The translations under genes were made by a program, and so were the position numbers. A stretch of 64,000 nt of DNA from Alphaproteobacteria bacterium (GTDB lineage Bacteria; Pseudomonadota; Alphaproteobacteria; Rhizobiales; Aestuariivirgaceae), in the NCBI GenBank assembly GCA_024640405.1, contig JAHEFB010000009.1:28243-92242 (forward strand). Reading direction: 5' to 3'. Position 1 is the stretch's first letter. Every line of letters begins with the position of its first letter. The notes under the pieces were generated by a model. The model had not been told where the DNA came from and did no database searches. It was given only the letters and a program-made list of their open reading frames with translations. Positions 26,784 through 37,052 of this stretch are shown here, in pieces.

Positions 26784-28835
26784 TCAGATATCCAGTTCGA
26801 CATCGTCTACGAACTGGGCGCGTTCGGTAATAAAATTGAACCGGTCCTCGGGCTTGTTGCCCATCAGTTCCTTGACTACGCGAGCCGTGATCTCGGAATC
26901 ACTTGGAGCCATTTGCACCTGCAACAACGTACGATTGTCAGGTTTCATGGTTGTTTCCTTGAGTTGCGCCGGCAACATTTCACCCAGACCCTTGAATCGC
27001 GAAATCTCGACCTTACCCCGGCCCGAGAAGTCACCGGCCAGCAATTCGTCCTTGTGGGCATCGTCGCGTGCGTAGGCAGATTTGGTACCCTGGACCAGCC
27101 GGTACAGCGGCGGCACAGCCATATAAAGATGCCCCTGCTCGATGAGTGCGGGCATTAGCCGGTAGAAAAACGTAATCAGCAAAGACGCAATATGCGCGCC
27201 GTCAACGTCCGCATCGGTCATGATGATGACCTTCTCGTATCGCAAATCATCTTCGCGATACTTGTCACCCGTACCACATCCCAGGGCCTGCAACAGATCA
27301 CCCAATTGCTGGTTGGCATTCAGCTTGTCCCGGGTGGCTGAAGCGACGTTGAGAATTTTCCCGCGCAACGGCAAAATGGCCTGGTTCTTGCGATCCCGCG
27401 CCTGCTTGGCGGAACCGCCGGCAGAATCGCCTTCCACTATAAACAGTTCAGACCCTTCCCGCCCGGACGACGAGCAATCTGCCAGCTTGCCCGGCAGGCG
27501 CAATTTGCGAACAGCGGTCTTGCGGCCGACGTCGCGTTCCGCGCGGCGCCGGAGACGTTCCTCGGCGCGTTCAACTACCCAGTCCAGCAATTTGTCGGCC
27601 TGGGCAGGATGACCGGTCAGCCAGTGGTCAAAGTGGTCGGATATCGCCTTGTCAACAATGCGAGACGCTTCGGCCGTGGCCAGCTTCTCCTTGGTCTGTC
27701 CCTGAAATTCGGGCTCGCGGATGAACACCGACAACATGATGCCGGCAGATGACATCACGTCTTCGGTAGTGATTACTGATCCGCGCTTGTTGCCGGAAAG
27801 CTCAGCATAGTTTTTCAGGGAACGGCTCAAGGCAAAGCGCAAGCCCTGTTCATGAGTGCCACCTTCAGCTGTCGGTACCGTATTGCAGTAAGATGATACA
27901 AACCCGTCTGCACCGCCGAACCAGGCAACTGCCCACTCTACCGATCCGTGGCCACCTTCCTTCTTGAGTTTTCCGGCGAAAATTTCATCCGCCACCCTGG
28001 GGCGGCCATGGATTGCCTCCTCCAGGTAATCTTTCAGACCACCGGGAAAATGCAGGATCGTCTTTTGCGGAGTTTCATCCTTGTCCACCAGATGAACGGG
28101 GTCGACGGACCAGCGAATTTCGACGCCGCCAAACAAGTAGGCCTTGGACCTGGCCATCTTGAACAATCGCGCCGGTTTGAATTTTGCACCCTTCCCGAAA
28201 ATCTGCTCGTCAGGCCTGAAGCGGACTTTTGTGCCCCGCCGGTTGTGCACCTTGCCTTCGTTGACAATAGGTCCCTGTGCGGCGCCGCGAGAATAGACCT
28301 GCCGATACAAGGTCTGATTGCGGGCAACCTCCACTTCAAGAGTTTCAGCAAGTGCATTCACCACCGACACACCGACACCATGCAAACCGCCGGATGTTTC
28401 ATAGACTTTTGAATCGAACTTCCCGCCGGCGTGCAAGGTGGTCAGGATAATTTCGAGAGCGGACTTGTCCTTGAACTTGGGGTGCGGGTCAATGGGAATG
28501 CCGCGGCCATTGTCCGACACACTCAAAAAACCGTCCGCGTCATAGTCAACTTCGATGAAAGTGGCGTGACCGGCCACCGCCTCGTCCATGGAATTGTCAA
28601 TGACTTCGGCAAACAGGTGATGCAGTGCCTTTTCATCGGTGCCGCCGATATACATGCCGGGACGGCGGCGAACGGGCTCCAGGCCTTCCAGCACCTCAAT
28701 ATCGGCAGCCGTGTAACCTGCTTCAGCGGCGGGATGCTTGCGTGCTTTGTCTGACGAAGACGCGCCAGTACGTCCTGGTTTGCCAACTGCAGGTGTGGTT
28801 TCGGCATTGCCAAACAGGTCTAGAGACTTGGACAT
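26784..28835 (-). CDS. parE: DNA topoisomerase IV subunit B
   Basis: VRRRPGMYIG, EVIDNSMDE, LHAGGKF, EGDSAGGSAKQ, MTDADVDG and RFKGLGEM motifs; short type lacking the GyrB insertion. Confidence 0.93.
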   Translation of the reverse strand: MSKSLDLFGNAETTPAVGKPGRTGASSSDKARKHPAAEAGYTAADIEVLEGLEPVRRRPGMYIGGTDEKALHHLFAEVIDNSMDEAVAGHATFIEVDYDADGFLSVSDNGRGIPIDPHPKFKDKSALEIILTTLHAGGKFDSKVYETSGGLHGVGVSVVNALAETLEVEVARNQTLYRQVYSRGAAQGPIVNEGKVHNRRGTKVRFRPDEQIFGKGAKFKPARLFKMARSKAYLFGGVEIRWSVDPVHLVDKDETPQKTILHFPGGLKDYLEEAIHGRPRVADEIFAGKLKKEGGHGSVEWAVAWFGGADGFVSSYCNTVPTAEGGTHEQGLRFALSRSLKNYAELSGNKRGSVITTEDVMSSAGIMLSVFIREPEFQGQTKEKLATAEASRIVDKAISDHFDHWLTGHPAQADKLLDWVVERAEERLRRRAERDVGRKTAVRKLRLPGKLADCSSSGREGSELFIVEGDSAGGSAKQARDRKNQAILPLRGKILNVASATRDKLNANQQLGDLLQALGCGTGDKYREDDLRYEKVIIMTDADVDGAHIASLLITFFYRLMPALIEQGHLYMAVPPLYRLVQGTKSAYARDDAHKDELLAGDFSGRGKVEISRFKGLGEMLPAQLKETTMKPDNRTLLQVQMAPSDSEITARVVKELMGNKPEDRFNFITERAQFVDDVELDI

Positions 28836-29043
28836 TCGTATTCCGTAGCTAGCGTCAAGCCGCAAACGGTTATCGCGGCGAATCATCAATCCGCAGTATG
28901 GCACGCGTAGATCACAAAATGCGACATTGCCCGACAAAAAGGCCACAATTTAGAGGCTGCAATTTGACAGGCAGGCGCGCCGGGACGGAAATCGTCGGGT
29001 GAAAAGGCAAACCGGACCACCATCTATTCAATTCGAAGAGCAT

Positions 29044-29949
29044 TCAAATGTCGCGCCAAAACTTCGGAAGCACGTTCAGCGTTGATGAATGGCTGGTAGA
29101 ACGGTCAACAGCATTGCTGCGCTGAAGCCCCCATTTTCCGGCACCAAGAAGTCTGTCATAGCCGGTCATGCGCGCTTCATCGAGGTCGTTGAGCGTACCC
29201 AGGGTTGTTTGCAGCAGTTTGCAGGTTTTCCTCCAGGGCGCCAGATCGTCTTTTACAAACAGCGAGCGATGAAACTCGAGCCAGTATCGCAATCGTTTCA
29301 GGTCTTTGCGGAAGGTGTGGTAATCGCCATCCGTTTCAAGCACCCGGGACAGGGTTCCAAACCGGTAAAGCGTCTTCAGGGTATCGTCCATGATTCCGGG
29401 AACAATAACCAGGCATGATTGGTCGAGAACTCCGGCGTCGGACCGGCGCCACCTTTCATTTTCCATCAGCCGGGAAAACTCGCCAACCAGATTCAACACA
29501 CCCAAATTTGCAATTCGGGAACGTGCATCGCTGGAGATCTCGGACCGATTATCCTGCATCTCAGTCGTGTCAATGCCTGCTGTTTCAAGCCACTCGATAA
29601 CCACGTCCTGCTGCCGAACCGGATGCAACATCGCCATGATGCTTTTCAGGTTTGCCGCGACCGGCCGGCATTCGCGCTGCACCGACCATGGTTTCATACC
29701 ACGTAGCAGCACACGCAGACGACGCGCAGACACTCTCGATTTGTGAGCCGAAACTGCATTTCCAGTGGCTGCGAAAACCCGCAAATTATGCGTTAGATCC
29801 GAAATGTTTTTTGCTGCAATCACACGAAACGAGATTGCTCCTGTCATGGCCGGATCAAGTCTGATACGCGCAGGACTGCGCGCACGCGACATAACCGGGA
29901 AGGTTGAAGAACTATCGGGCGGTATGAGGCGAACGTTCATTGACTGCAA
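29044..29949 (-). CDS. CHAD domain protein
   Basis: HKSRVSARRLR, HTFRKDLKRLRY and LQTTLGTLND motifs. Confidence 0.82.
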   Translation of the reverse strand: MQSMNVRLIPPDSSSTFPVMSRARSPARIRLDPAMTGAISFRVIAAKNISDLTHNLRVFAATGNAVSAHKSRVSARRLRVLLRGMKPWSVQRECRPVAANLKSIMAMLHPVRQQDVVIEWLETAGIDTTEMQDNRSEISSDARSRIANLGVLNLVGEFSRLMENERWRRSDAGVLDQSCLVIVPGIMDDTLKTLYRFGTLSRVLETDGDYHTFRKDLKRLRYWLEFHRSLFVKDDLAPWRKTCKLLQTTLGTLNDLDEARMTGYDRLLGAGKWGLQRSNAVDRSTSHSSTLNVLPKFWRDI

Positions 29950-30088
29950 ACTTTCAGCAGAGCACTACGAATTTATGTGAATTCCTTAGGTCCAGCGCAT
30001 TGGAGGTAATCAAATTTATGGTTTGTTGACTGATTCCGTCAAAAACCGCACTGCTCCAAGCGCCGTTCATGCCGCAGCAACATGTCAT

Positions 30089-30129
30089 AAACAAAACAAC
30101 CCCGCGCATTGGGGCAATGCGCGGGGTTG
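30089..30129 (-). terminator. Rho-independent terminator, 15-bp perfect stem CAACCCCGCGCATTG/CAATGCGCGGGGTTG
   Basis: Perfect inverted repeat; TTTTGTTT follows on the minus strand. Confidence 0.8.
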
Positions 30130-30202
30130 CAGACTCTAGAGAAAACCTGAGCTCGAAGCGAGGGGGGAGCTTCTTTGTGGCCAGGCTCAAATCAATCAGG
30201 TT
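30089..30202 (-). ncRNA. Candidate ~110-nt trans-acting sRNA with anti-SD loop
   Basis: Minus strand: GCTGGC-N17-CTATAC promoter (30236-30208), hairpin GAAGC-UCCCCCCUC-GCUUC, then a 15-bp terminator stem and U-tract. Confidence 0.6.
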
Positions 30203-30746
30203 GACGGGTATAGCAGGGGATTTGGGGCCCGCCAGCTCCTGATCGACCATTCTCCAATACACGTCACAAACGCTCAATCTGAATCTCTGCGTTCTATACG
30301 CGTCCACAGCGTGATCGCTTTATGTGAGCGAACTTCGCTATTAAGCTTTTAGAAGTAGCAATTTGTTAACCATTGGTCAAATCACGATTTACGTGAGGGT
30401 ACCTGCCCTATTTGTAGGCAGAACAATCCGGATAGAATTCCACCCAAGAAAGCAGGTCCCGGCGGATGTTTTAACCGCACGGGACCATTGGCTTTTTTGC
30501 CTTTACCCGGTTAGAAAACCAGGCCTGTCATAATGCGGACATTGCTGTCCGGAATTTCATATCTTTTTATGTTTGATTGGCTGCAATCAGACACCCAGGT
30601 CCAGGCGATAACGCTTTTCCGACTGGTTGACTACAGCGAAACTTGCTTAGGCGGAGTCATTTTTGTAGACCTCCTTGCTTAGCGGATAGGCAAATGATGC
30701 CCCTTACCGCCGGCTGTCGTCAAATCACGAATAATGTCAGTAATGC

Positions 30747-31448
30747 TTACGTTTTATCCAGCCAGTCGCGCATGGCCGCATTCACCACCTCCGGCTCTTC
30801 CAGCGTAGAAAGATGTCCGCAACCCGGCACTATATCCAGCACTGAGTTCGGAACTTGTGCTGCCATTTCGACTGCGCATTCAGGCGGGGTAATCACATCC
30901 AGCTCACCAGTCAAAATCAATGTCGGGCAGGTAATATCCGACAGTCCCGGCAGGTAGTCGGGCCGGCCCAGAATGGCTGCCATCTGGCGTCGGAATTTCA
31001 TTTCGCCGGTGTCAGTTGCCATTTGAATGATAGTGTCACGCAATTCCGGATCAGCCGCATTGCCGGGAGCAATCAAGCGATGCAACAGTATGTCCGTTGT
31101 GATCGCAAGAAAGTTTCCTTCATCTGCCATCGCGATCAGCTGATGCCGGGCGGCAGTCTGTTGGGCAATATCCAGCCTGGCTTTGCCGTCCAGCAAAGCC
31201 AACCGCGTGACGCGACCGGGCGCGAGGGACATTATTTCGAGGGACAAATACACACCCATCGACAACCCGGCCAGTGCGAAACTATCCGGCGCATCGGCCA
31301 GTAGCTGAAGGGCAATTTCGCGCATGTCACCGGCGCAAGTATGATCGGCCACTATAACCTCGCGGCTGCCTGCAAAAGTGTCTGTCTGTGATTTGAACAA
31401 GGCGCCGGTACACATGAGACCGGGGATCAGAAGCAGCGGTTCAGTCAT
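30747..31448 (-). CDS. Alpha/beta hydrolase
   Basis: LIPGLMC, GLSMG nucleophile elbow, catalytic D (GELD) and H (CGHL). ATGACTGA coupling to oxyR. Confidence 0.9.
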   Translation of the reverse strand: MTEPLLLIPGLMCTGALFKSQTDTFAGSREVIVADHTCAGDMREIALQLLADAPDSFALAGLSMGVYLSLEIMSLAPGRVTRLALLDGKARLDIAQQTAARHQLIAMADEGNFLAITTDILLHRLIAPGNAADPELRDTIIQMATDTGEMKFRRQMAAILGRPDYLPGLSDITCPTLILTGELDVITPPECAVEMAAQVPNSVLDIVPGCGHLSTLEEPEVVNAAMRDWLDKT

Positions 31449-32331
31449 TCCAGCCATCCAGCATCAAATGAGCCAACGCCATATAGTCATCACGCAGCGG
31501 CGTTGACCTGCGCCAGGCCATGGCAACCGTTCTTGAGGGTTGTTCGCCGGCGAACCGTAACAAGCGGATGCGGTTATCGGGTACCTGCTCGCGAATACAC
31601 ATCTCAGGCAACAATGTAACACCATGCCCATTGGCAACCATTTGCACAATTGTACTAAGCGAAGATGCGCCCATCGCGCGCGACAGTTTCGAAGCGCCAA
31701 TATTGCAATAGCTCAGAACCTGTTCACGCAGGCAATGCCCCTCACCCATCAGCAACAGCCGGTCTTCGCCAATCAGGGCCGGCGTTGCCAGCATGTTCGG
31801 TGTCAGTTGTTCGCTGTCCCTGATTGCCAGCAGGAAGTTGTCAACGAACAGCTCCTGTACCTCGATCTCCGGTGATTTCAACGGTAACGCCGCAACGATC
31901 ACATCAAGTTTTCCCGCTTTCAGTTCATCAACCAGGCTTTCGGTAACCGTTTCGCGCAACCGCAGATCAACGTCCGGGTAACGGACCGACAACCCGGTGA
32001 GCATGACGGGAAGCAAGTAAGGCGCGATAGAGGGGATGGCTCCCAGGCGCAATACTCCACTTAGCGTGCCGGTTCGCTGGCGGGCGAAATCTTCGAGGTC
32101 AGACACCTCTGACAAGATCACTCTGGCGCGCCGCACCGCCTCGACGCCTTCCGATGTCAACGACACCTGTTTGGGCGACCTTTCCAGCAACGCCACACCC
32201 CATCTTTGCTCAAGTTCCTTGATTTGCTGAGACAGAGCCGGCTGGGTAACCGAACACTCCGCGGCAGCTTTGCCAAAATGACTGTGGCGGGCGATCGCCT
32301 CAAGATATCTGAGCTGGCGCAGGGTTGTCAT
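31441..32331 (-). CDS. oxyR: LysR family hydrogen peroxide sensor OxyR
   Basis: LysR HTH (TQPALS); GHCLREQVLSYC gives the C-x8-C redox pair; ASSLSTIVQMVANG. Confidence 0.85.
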   Translation of the reverse strand: MTTLRQLRYLEAIARHSHFGKAAAECSVTQPALSQQIKELEQRWGVALLERSPKQVSLTSEGVEAVRRARVILSEVSDLEDFARQRTGTLSGVLRLGAIPSIAPYLLPVMLTGLSVRYPDVDLRLRETVTESLVDELKAGKLDVIVAALPLKSPEIEVQELFVDNFLLAIRDSEQLTPNMLATPALIGEDRLLLMGEGHCLREQVLSYCNIGASKLSRAMGASSLSTIVQMVANGHGVTLLPEMCIREQVPDNRIRLLRFAGEQPSRTVAMAWRRSTPLRDDYMALAHLMLDGWND

Positions 32332-32337
32332 GGTTCA

Positions 32338-32375
32338 GATAATAACAACTTATCGCTTGGGTAGCACAATTTTGT
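32338..32375. promoter_or_regulatory. OxyR-type operator ATAA-N7-TTAT-N7-GTAG-N7-TTGT directly upstream of oxyR
   Basis: Same spacing as the ATAG-N7-CTAT-N7-ATAG-N7-CTAT OxyR consensus; first half is a GATAA/TTATC palindrome. Confidence 0.55.
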
Positions 32376-32433
32376 TTGAGGTTATTCTTGAAATTGGCGC
32401 GATGAGGCGTTCAAGCGCGTCGTCGTTGTCTCC

Positions 32434-34155
32434 TCAGTTCGGGGAAACGATTACCTCCAGCAACGCCTGACGTTTTTCACGGGTGACAACATCTATCGCA
32501 TCCATGATTGCGCCGGACAGATCAGAACCGTCTTCGACACGGCGGCTCCATCCTCTGCTGGCCGCTGCAATCATGGTGAAGTCAGGAACCGGCGCCAGCG
32601 ATGACAAGGGAATGGTGTTTGCGCGAGAGGCATCACCTTCCGGATACATCATCAATGTGGATTTGCGTACGGCGTTCCAGACGCCATTGTTGAATACCAC
32701 GGTCAGGAGCGGGAGATCGTGGGCTTCGGCTATCTGATGGCAGGCGACCGGATTGGCGAACATGTAGGAACCATCGCCAACGCAGGCAACGGCGACCTGG
32801 TCGCGAATGGCCAGTGACGCGCCAAGGGCGGCAGGCATTCCCCACCCCAACCCACCTGCCAAAGCGTGCGAATGATACCGATTGCCATCGGAAAACCGCA
32901 TGAATTGCGGTTCACACCCGAGTTCAGAAAAGACGCGTGCATCATCGGGCAGGCAATCCGACAGCGTCTTGCTGACGAAGGCTGCAGTCATGACACTGCC
33001 TTCTTCAAGGACCGCCTCTTCAACTGACGTTTTTCGCCGTGCTTTTGACCGCTTCGCCATGCTGGCGTGACACTTTTTCAGATCGTTGACAAAGGTATCC
33101 TTCTGCCCCAATAGCGCGTTTTCCAACGAGATCAGGGCGGCCGCCGGGTTTGCGGTCAGGTTGACTGTCGAACGAAAGCCCCTGACCGGCACACGGGAGA
33201 ATAACGGGTCTGCTCCAATCTGGATGACGGTTGCCGCAGGGTTGGGTTTGACCCAGGTATCGAGCCAGGGAACCAGGGCATCCAGCACGATGACCAGATC
33301 GGCGTCCTCCAGCATCACCGCCGGGTCAAACCCCATGTGCATCGCATGGTCAGTCGACAGCACATTTGCAGATGGCCAGAACTCACAAACCGGTATCGCG
33401 AATGCATCACAGAAAGAGTCAACTGCATCAGACAACCGGCCTTCCGGGTCGCCGCGTTGCGCAATCAGGAGTGGTTTTTTTGCTGATTTCAACTTCTCCA
33501 CAATAACAGCGACTGTTTCGGGATCGGGCGCGGGCGGCGAGGCCACCGCATGGCGCGTCGGGCCAATGGGCACATCTTGCGGCCATTCCCCACCCAGAGC
33601 TTCTCGAGGCAAGCCCAGATAGACCGGACCGCGCGGCTCGCTCATGGCAATTGCGTAGCCCCGGTCCACCAGATCCGCCGCCTGCTCCGGCAGTTTCAAC
33701 TCATATTCCCATTTGACGAACTCCCTCACGATTGCAGATTGATCGCGCATATCCTGACCCCAGTGTATCGGCAGGCTGCGAGCACCATGGCGAGCGCCCT
33801 CAGTTGCAGGAGTGCGCCCTGCCATCAGGAAAATCGGGATATTGTCACTCGCCGCATTGATGGTGCCCATCAGTGCATTTGCGAGCCCAACGTTGACATG
33901 AACCATCACCGCCTGAGGCTTGCCGGTCGCCAGATAGTAGCCATGGGCCATGGCAACCGCAGCATTTTCATGTGGTGCAATGACAGGTGTCGGGATTGGC
34001 AAATCAGTTTTCTGGTTCTTCGAGTAAATCTCGATCACTGGAGCGAAATCCGTCCCGGCATTGGCAAACAGATAGTCGATGTGGTGTTGCTTCAATCGGA
34101 CGAGAATGGCCTCCGCCGCCGTTTCCGGTACAAAGTCATCGGGCAGTAGCACCAT
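32434..34155 (-). CDS. Thiamine diphosphate-dependent enzyme (acetolactate synthase large subunit/decarboxylase-like)
   Basis: PHENAAVAMAHGY (catalytic Glu); GDGSYMF...NN ThDP-binding motif. Confidence 0.92.
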   Translation of the reverse strand: MVLLPDDFVPETAAEAILVRLKQHHIDYLFANAGTDFAPVIEIYSKNQKTDLPIPTPVIAPHENAAVAMAHGYYLATGKPQAVMVHVNVGLANALMGTINAASDNIPIFLMAGRTPATEGARHGARSLPIHWGQDMRDQSAIVREFVKWEYELKLPEQAADLVDRGYAIAMSEPRGPVYLGLPREALGGEWPQDVPIGPTRHAVASPPAPDPETVAVIVEKLKSAKKPLLIAQRGDPEGRLSDAVDSFCDAFAIPVCEFWPSANVLSTDHAMHMGFDPAVMLEDADLVIVLDALVPWLDTWVKPNPAATVIQIGADPLFSRVPVRGFRSTVNLTANPAAALISLENALLGQKDTFVNDLKKCHASMAKRSKARRKTSVEEAVLEEGSVMTAAFVSKTLSDCLPDDARVFSELGCEPQFMRFSDGNRYHSHALAGGLGWGMPAALGASLAIRDQVAVACVGDGSYMFANPVACHQIAEAHDLPLLTVVFNNGVWNAVRKSTLMMYPEGDASRANTIPLSSLAPVPDFTMIAAASRGWSRRVEDGSDLSGAIMDAIDVVTREKRQALLEVIVSPN

Positions 34156-34190
34156 TATGGGTCTCCAATTCTAATTATCTCAATCAACAC

Positions 34191-35507
34191 TCATCGCCGG
34201 ATGAGATCGGGTAGCCAGGTTGCCAACTCCGGAAACATGACCAACAGCGACAAAACCGCCAATGCCAAGAAAATAAACGGTATCGCAGCCCAGTAGACCT
34301 GGCCGAGCGTGATCTCGGGCGGTGCTACGCCTTTCATCACAAATATCAGCAATCCGAATGGCGGGGTTGTAAAACTTATCTCCATGACCACCAGCATCAA
34401 CACTCCAAACCACAGGAGATCGATCCCGGCACTCTGGGCCAGTGGAATGAAAAACGGCAGCGTGATCATGATCATGCTGACCTGATCCATGAAAGCACCG
34501 AGGAGAAGCAGCACAATCAACATCGCCAGCAGCAATGTCATGGTGCCCGAGTTCAGCTCCGTAATCACTTTCAACAAACCGTTGGCTGCCCCTGAAAAAG
34601 CCAGTATTTGCGAGAAGGTCACAGAGGCGGCAATGATGAAGAGGATCATCACGGAAATCTTGGCGGTCTCGGCAATGGCTTTTTTCATGGCCGCAAGACT
34701 GAACCTGCCATAGCCGACAGCAGCAACAACCGAGGCGACGCTACCCAGGGCAGCCGATTCTGTCGGCGTTGCCCAACCGCCCAGAATGCTGCCCACAACA
34801 ACTACGAATATGCCCATAAGTGGCACTACATGGGTGAGCAAAGGCCGCCATCTTTGCCACGCGGTGGTCGGTTCAACATCATAGGCCGGTGCCAGTGCCG
34901 GAGTAACACGGCAGCGTGCAATAATGTAGATCAGAAAACTTGCGGCCATCATCAGGCCCGGAATGATGCCTGCAATCAGCAGTTTGGCTATCGATATTCC
35001 GGCGAGACTTCCCAGCAACACCGCCAGCGCAGAGGGCGGTATCAGCATGGCAATACTGCCGGTTGCCATAATCGGGCCCATCGCAAGGGTGGGATGATAC
35101 CCGCGTTTCAGCATATCCGGCAGGAGTGCACTGCCCAGCACCGCAGTGTTTGCAATGGTTGAACCGGACAGGGATGAGAAAACAGTTCCTCCCAGGACCG
35201 AAACGATGGACAGCCTGCCCGGCACTCGCGTGATCAGCCTGTCAATTGCATTGATGGCAGAAAACGCGACCCCGGTCTGGAAGAGAATTTCACCCATCAG
35301 GAGAAACAGGGGGATCGGGGCCAGCGAAAAATTGCTGACAGACGCAATTGTATTGCGGACAACCTGGTCAAGTCCGATTTCGCCGCCCAGAAATACGAAA
35401 GCGCCGACAAGGTTCACACCCAAAAATGCGAACGCAACCGGCAGGCCAGTCAGCATCAACACCAACAATGTGCCAAGCAGCAAAAACAGGGCAGAAGACC
35501 AGTCCAA
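34191..35507 (-). CDS. dctM: TRAP transporter large permease DctM
   Basis: TTG start after AAGGAG; IPLFLLMGEIL, GSTIA, LIPPS, TPTESAA and TPPFG motifs. Confidence 0.93.
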   Translation of the reverse strand: MDWSSALFLLLGTLLVLMLTGLPVAFAFLGVNLVGAFVFLGGEIGLDQVVRNTIASVSNFSLAPIPLFLLMGEILFQTGVAFSAINAIDRLITRVPGRLSIVSVLGGTVFSSLSGSTIANTAVLGSALLPDMLKRGYHPTLAMGPIMATGSIAMLIPPSALAVLLGSLAGISIAKLLIAGIIPGLMMAASFLIYIIARCRVTPALAPAYDVEPTTAWQRWRPLLTHVVPLMGIFVVVVGSILGGWATPTESAALGSVASVVAAVGYGRFSLAAMKKAIAETAKISVMILFIIAASVTFSQILAFSGAANGLLKVITELNSGTMTLLLAMLIVLLLLGAFMDQVSMIMITLPFFIPLAQSAGIDLLWFGVLMLVVMEISFTTPPFGLLIFVMKGVAPPEITLGQVYWAAIPFIFLALAVLSLLVMFPELATWLPDLIRR

Positions 35508-35518
35508 ATCGTTGCTCC

Positions 35519-35995
35519 TTAACTCGCCGGCCTGATCAAACGTAAAGCGAACTCGATAATCAACAGGCCTCCCGAAATCACAACGATCAGAAAGAACGGC
35601 CATTCCGGCACGACCAGTTCCTTGTATATCAAGTCACCCCTGTGCACCGCGTCTGCCGTTACCCGTAGTGCGTACCAGGTCAGAACTGCAGAAATCAGCA
35701 TGCCCAGACAGTCGGCAGATATGGCAAGCAGTCTGCTTGCGGCTGGCGGCAATGAGCTCAACAAGAGATCAACCCGTACATGGGCGTTTTCACGCAATAC
35801 CCAGGGTGCCGCCAGAAAGGTCGCGGCAAACAGCACGTATTCGGATACTTCCAGAAGCCAGGTGAAATTTCCGACGCCAAGGTTTCGGATGGCTACGTCG
35901 ATGGATATCAGGACTGCCAGGCAAGCCAGCGCAACCCCGGCGGAAAACCCGAGCATGCCGACGAGTGCGGCATGAATTCTAGTAATTGCCTGCAT
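35519..35995 (-). CDS. dctQ: TRAP transporter small permease DctQ
   Basis: DV..R...W..EVSEY, HVRVD motifs; 4 TM segments. Confidence 0.9.
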   Translation of the reverse strand: MQAITRIHAALVGMLGFSAGVALACLAVLISIDVAIRNLGVGNFTWLLEVSEYVLFAATFLAAPWVLRENAHVRVDLLLSSLPPAASRLLAISADCLGMLISAVLTWYALRVTADAVHRGDLIYKELVVPEWPFFLIVVISGGLLIIEFALRLIRPAS

Positions 35996-36054
35996 CGTAC
36001 AGCGGCTCCTGAATTGAAAGCGAGCCGCCGTCGCGGCTCACTTACCAGCGTAAA

Positions 36055-37014
36055 TTACTTGCTCAGGAGTTCTTTCAGTTTCGGTCCCGTCTCCGGATTT
36101 GCCTTGATGAACTCGGCCCATCCAGTTTCGTAAGCCTGCTTGATATAGGCATCGCCCTCTGCATCGCTGAAGGTGATGGTCTCAATGCCTTTGTCGGCCT
36201 GTTTTTTCATTTCCGCCGCATTGATCTCCCGGTCTTCACTGCACAGCCCTTCCATGAATCCAGCAGCATCCTGGAGTATTTTCTGCTGTTCGGCATCGAG
36301 CTTGGTCCAGGCATCGTCATTCAGGATCACTTCCACGGAAGCGCGGTAAAACGGCGGGTCGACACGATACTTCGTCACCTCATGCCATCCCAGATCGAGA
36401 ACGCCTTGTGTCGGCCATCCATAGCCATCAACGGTACCTCGTTCGAGGGCAGTGTAGACGTCGCCCGGCTTGGTCCGGATCAGGCTTGCACCCATAGCGG
36501 CAAAAAAGGCGCGGTAAATCGGCGTGGTCCGGATCTTGAGGCCGCTGAGGTCGCGTTTGTCGATTTTCTTGTTGAGATACAAGTGGAACGGCACACAGTC
36601 TTTCTGCCGGGCCAGATGATAAGCGTTCATGCGTTTCTTGTGCAGGTCGTTGGTAAATGCCCATGCTCCGTTTTCGCGCTCTTCTGAAATTGTAAAGGCG
36701 CTGAGCTTGAATACATCGGCTTCCGGCATCAGCTTTGTGTAAAACGCACCCGGCAGGTTACCTATGTGGACCACCCCGGTGCGAACCGCATCTCCGAGCT
36801 GGAACGGATTCATGACCTTGCCGCCACCGCCCTTGTAGTCAATGCGCAGCTTGCCCTTGCCAAGCTCGTTGGCCTTGTCGATAAAGCGTTCGAAATTCTT
36901 GGAAAACGTTGTTCCCTCGGCAAATGCGCTGACTGCCGACAGCATGGCTTCCTCGGCGGCCGCAGGCCACGACAAGAGCCCGGCAAGTGCTACTCCTGCA
37001 ATTAGACGTTTCAT
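36055..37014 (-). CDS. dctP: TRAP transporter substrate-binding protein DctP
   Basis: Signal peptide; GLKIRT (carboxylate-binding Arg); VYTALERGTVDG. Confidence 0.92.
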   Translation of the reverse strand: MKRLIAGVALAGLLSWPAAAEEAMLSAVSAFAEGTTFSKNFERFIDKANELGKGKLRIDYKGGGGKVMNPFQLGDAVRTGVVHIGNLPGAFYTKLMPEADVFKLSAFTISEERENGAWAFTNDLHKKRMNAYHLARQKDCVPFHLYLNKKIDKRDLSGLKIRTTPIYRAFFAAMGASLIRTKPGDVYTALERGTVDGYGWPTQGVLDLGWHEVTKYRVDPPFYRASVEVILNDDAWTKLDAEQQKILQDAAGFMEGLCSEDREINAAEMKKQADKGIETITFSDAEGDAYIKQAYETGWAEFIKANPETGPKLKELLSK

Positions 37015-37052
37015 GACTTCCTCCAGATGTTGTTGTTGCATGTCCTGTTAAA

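Noticed and set aside
29954-30307. 117-aa minus-strand ORF
   Set aside because: Runs through a promoter and a perfect terminator hairpin; GTG start and no protein-like features.
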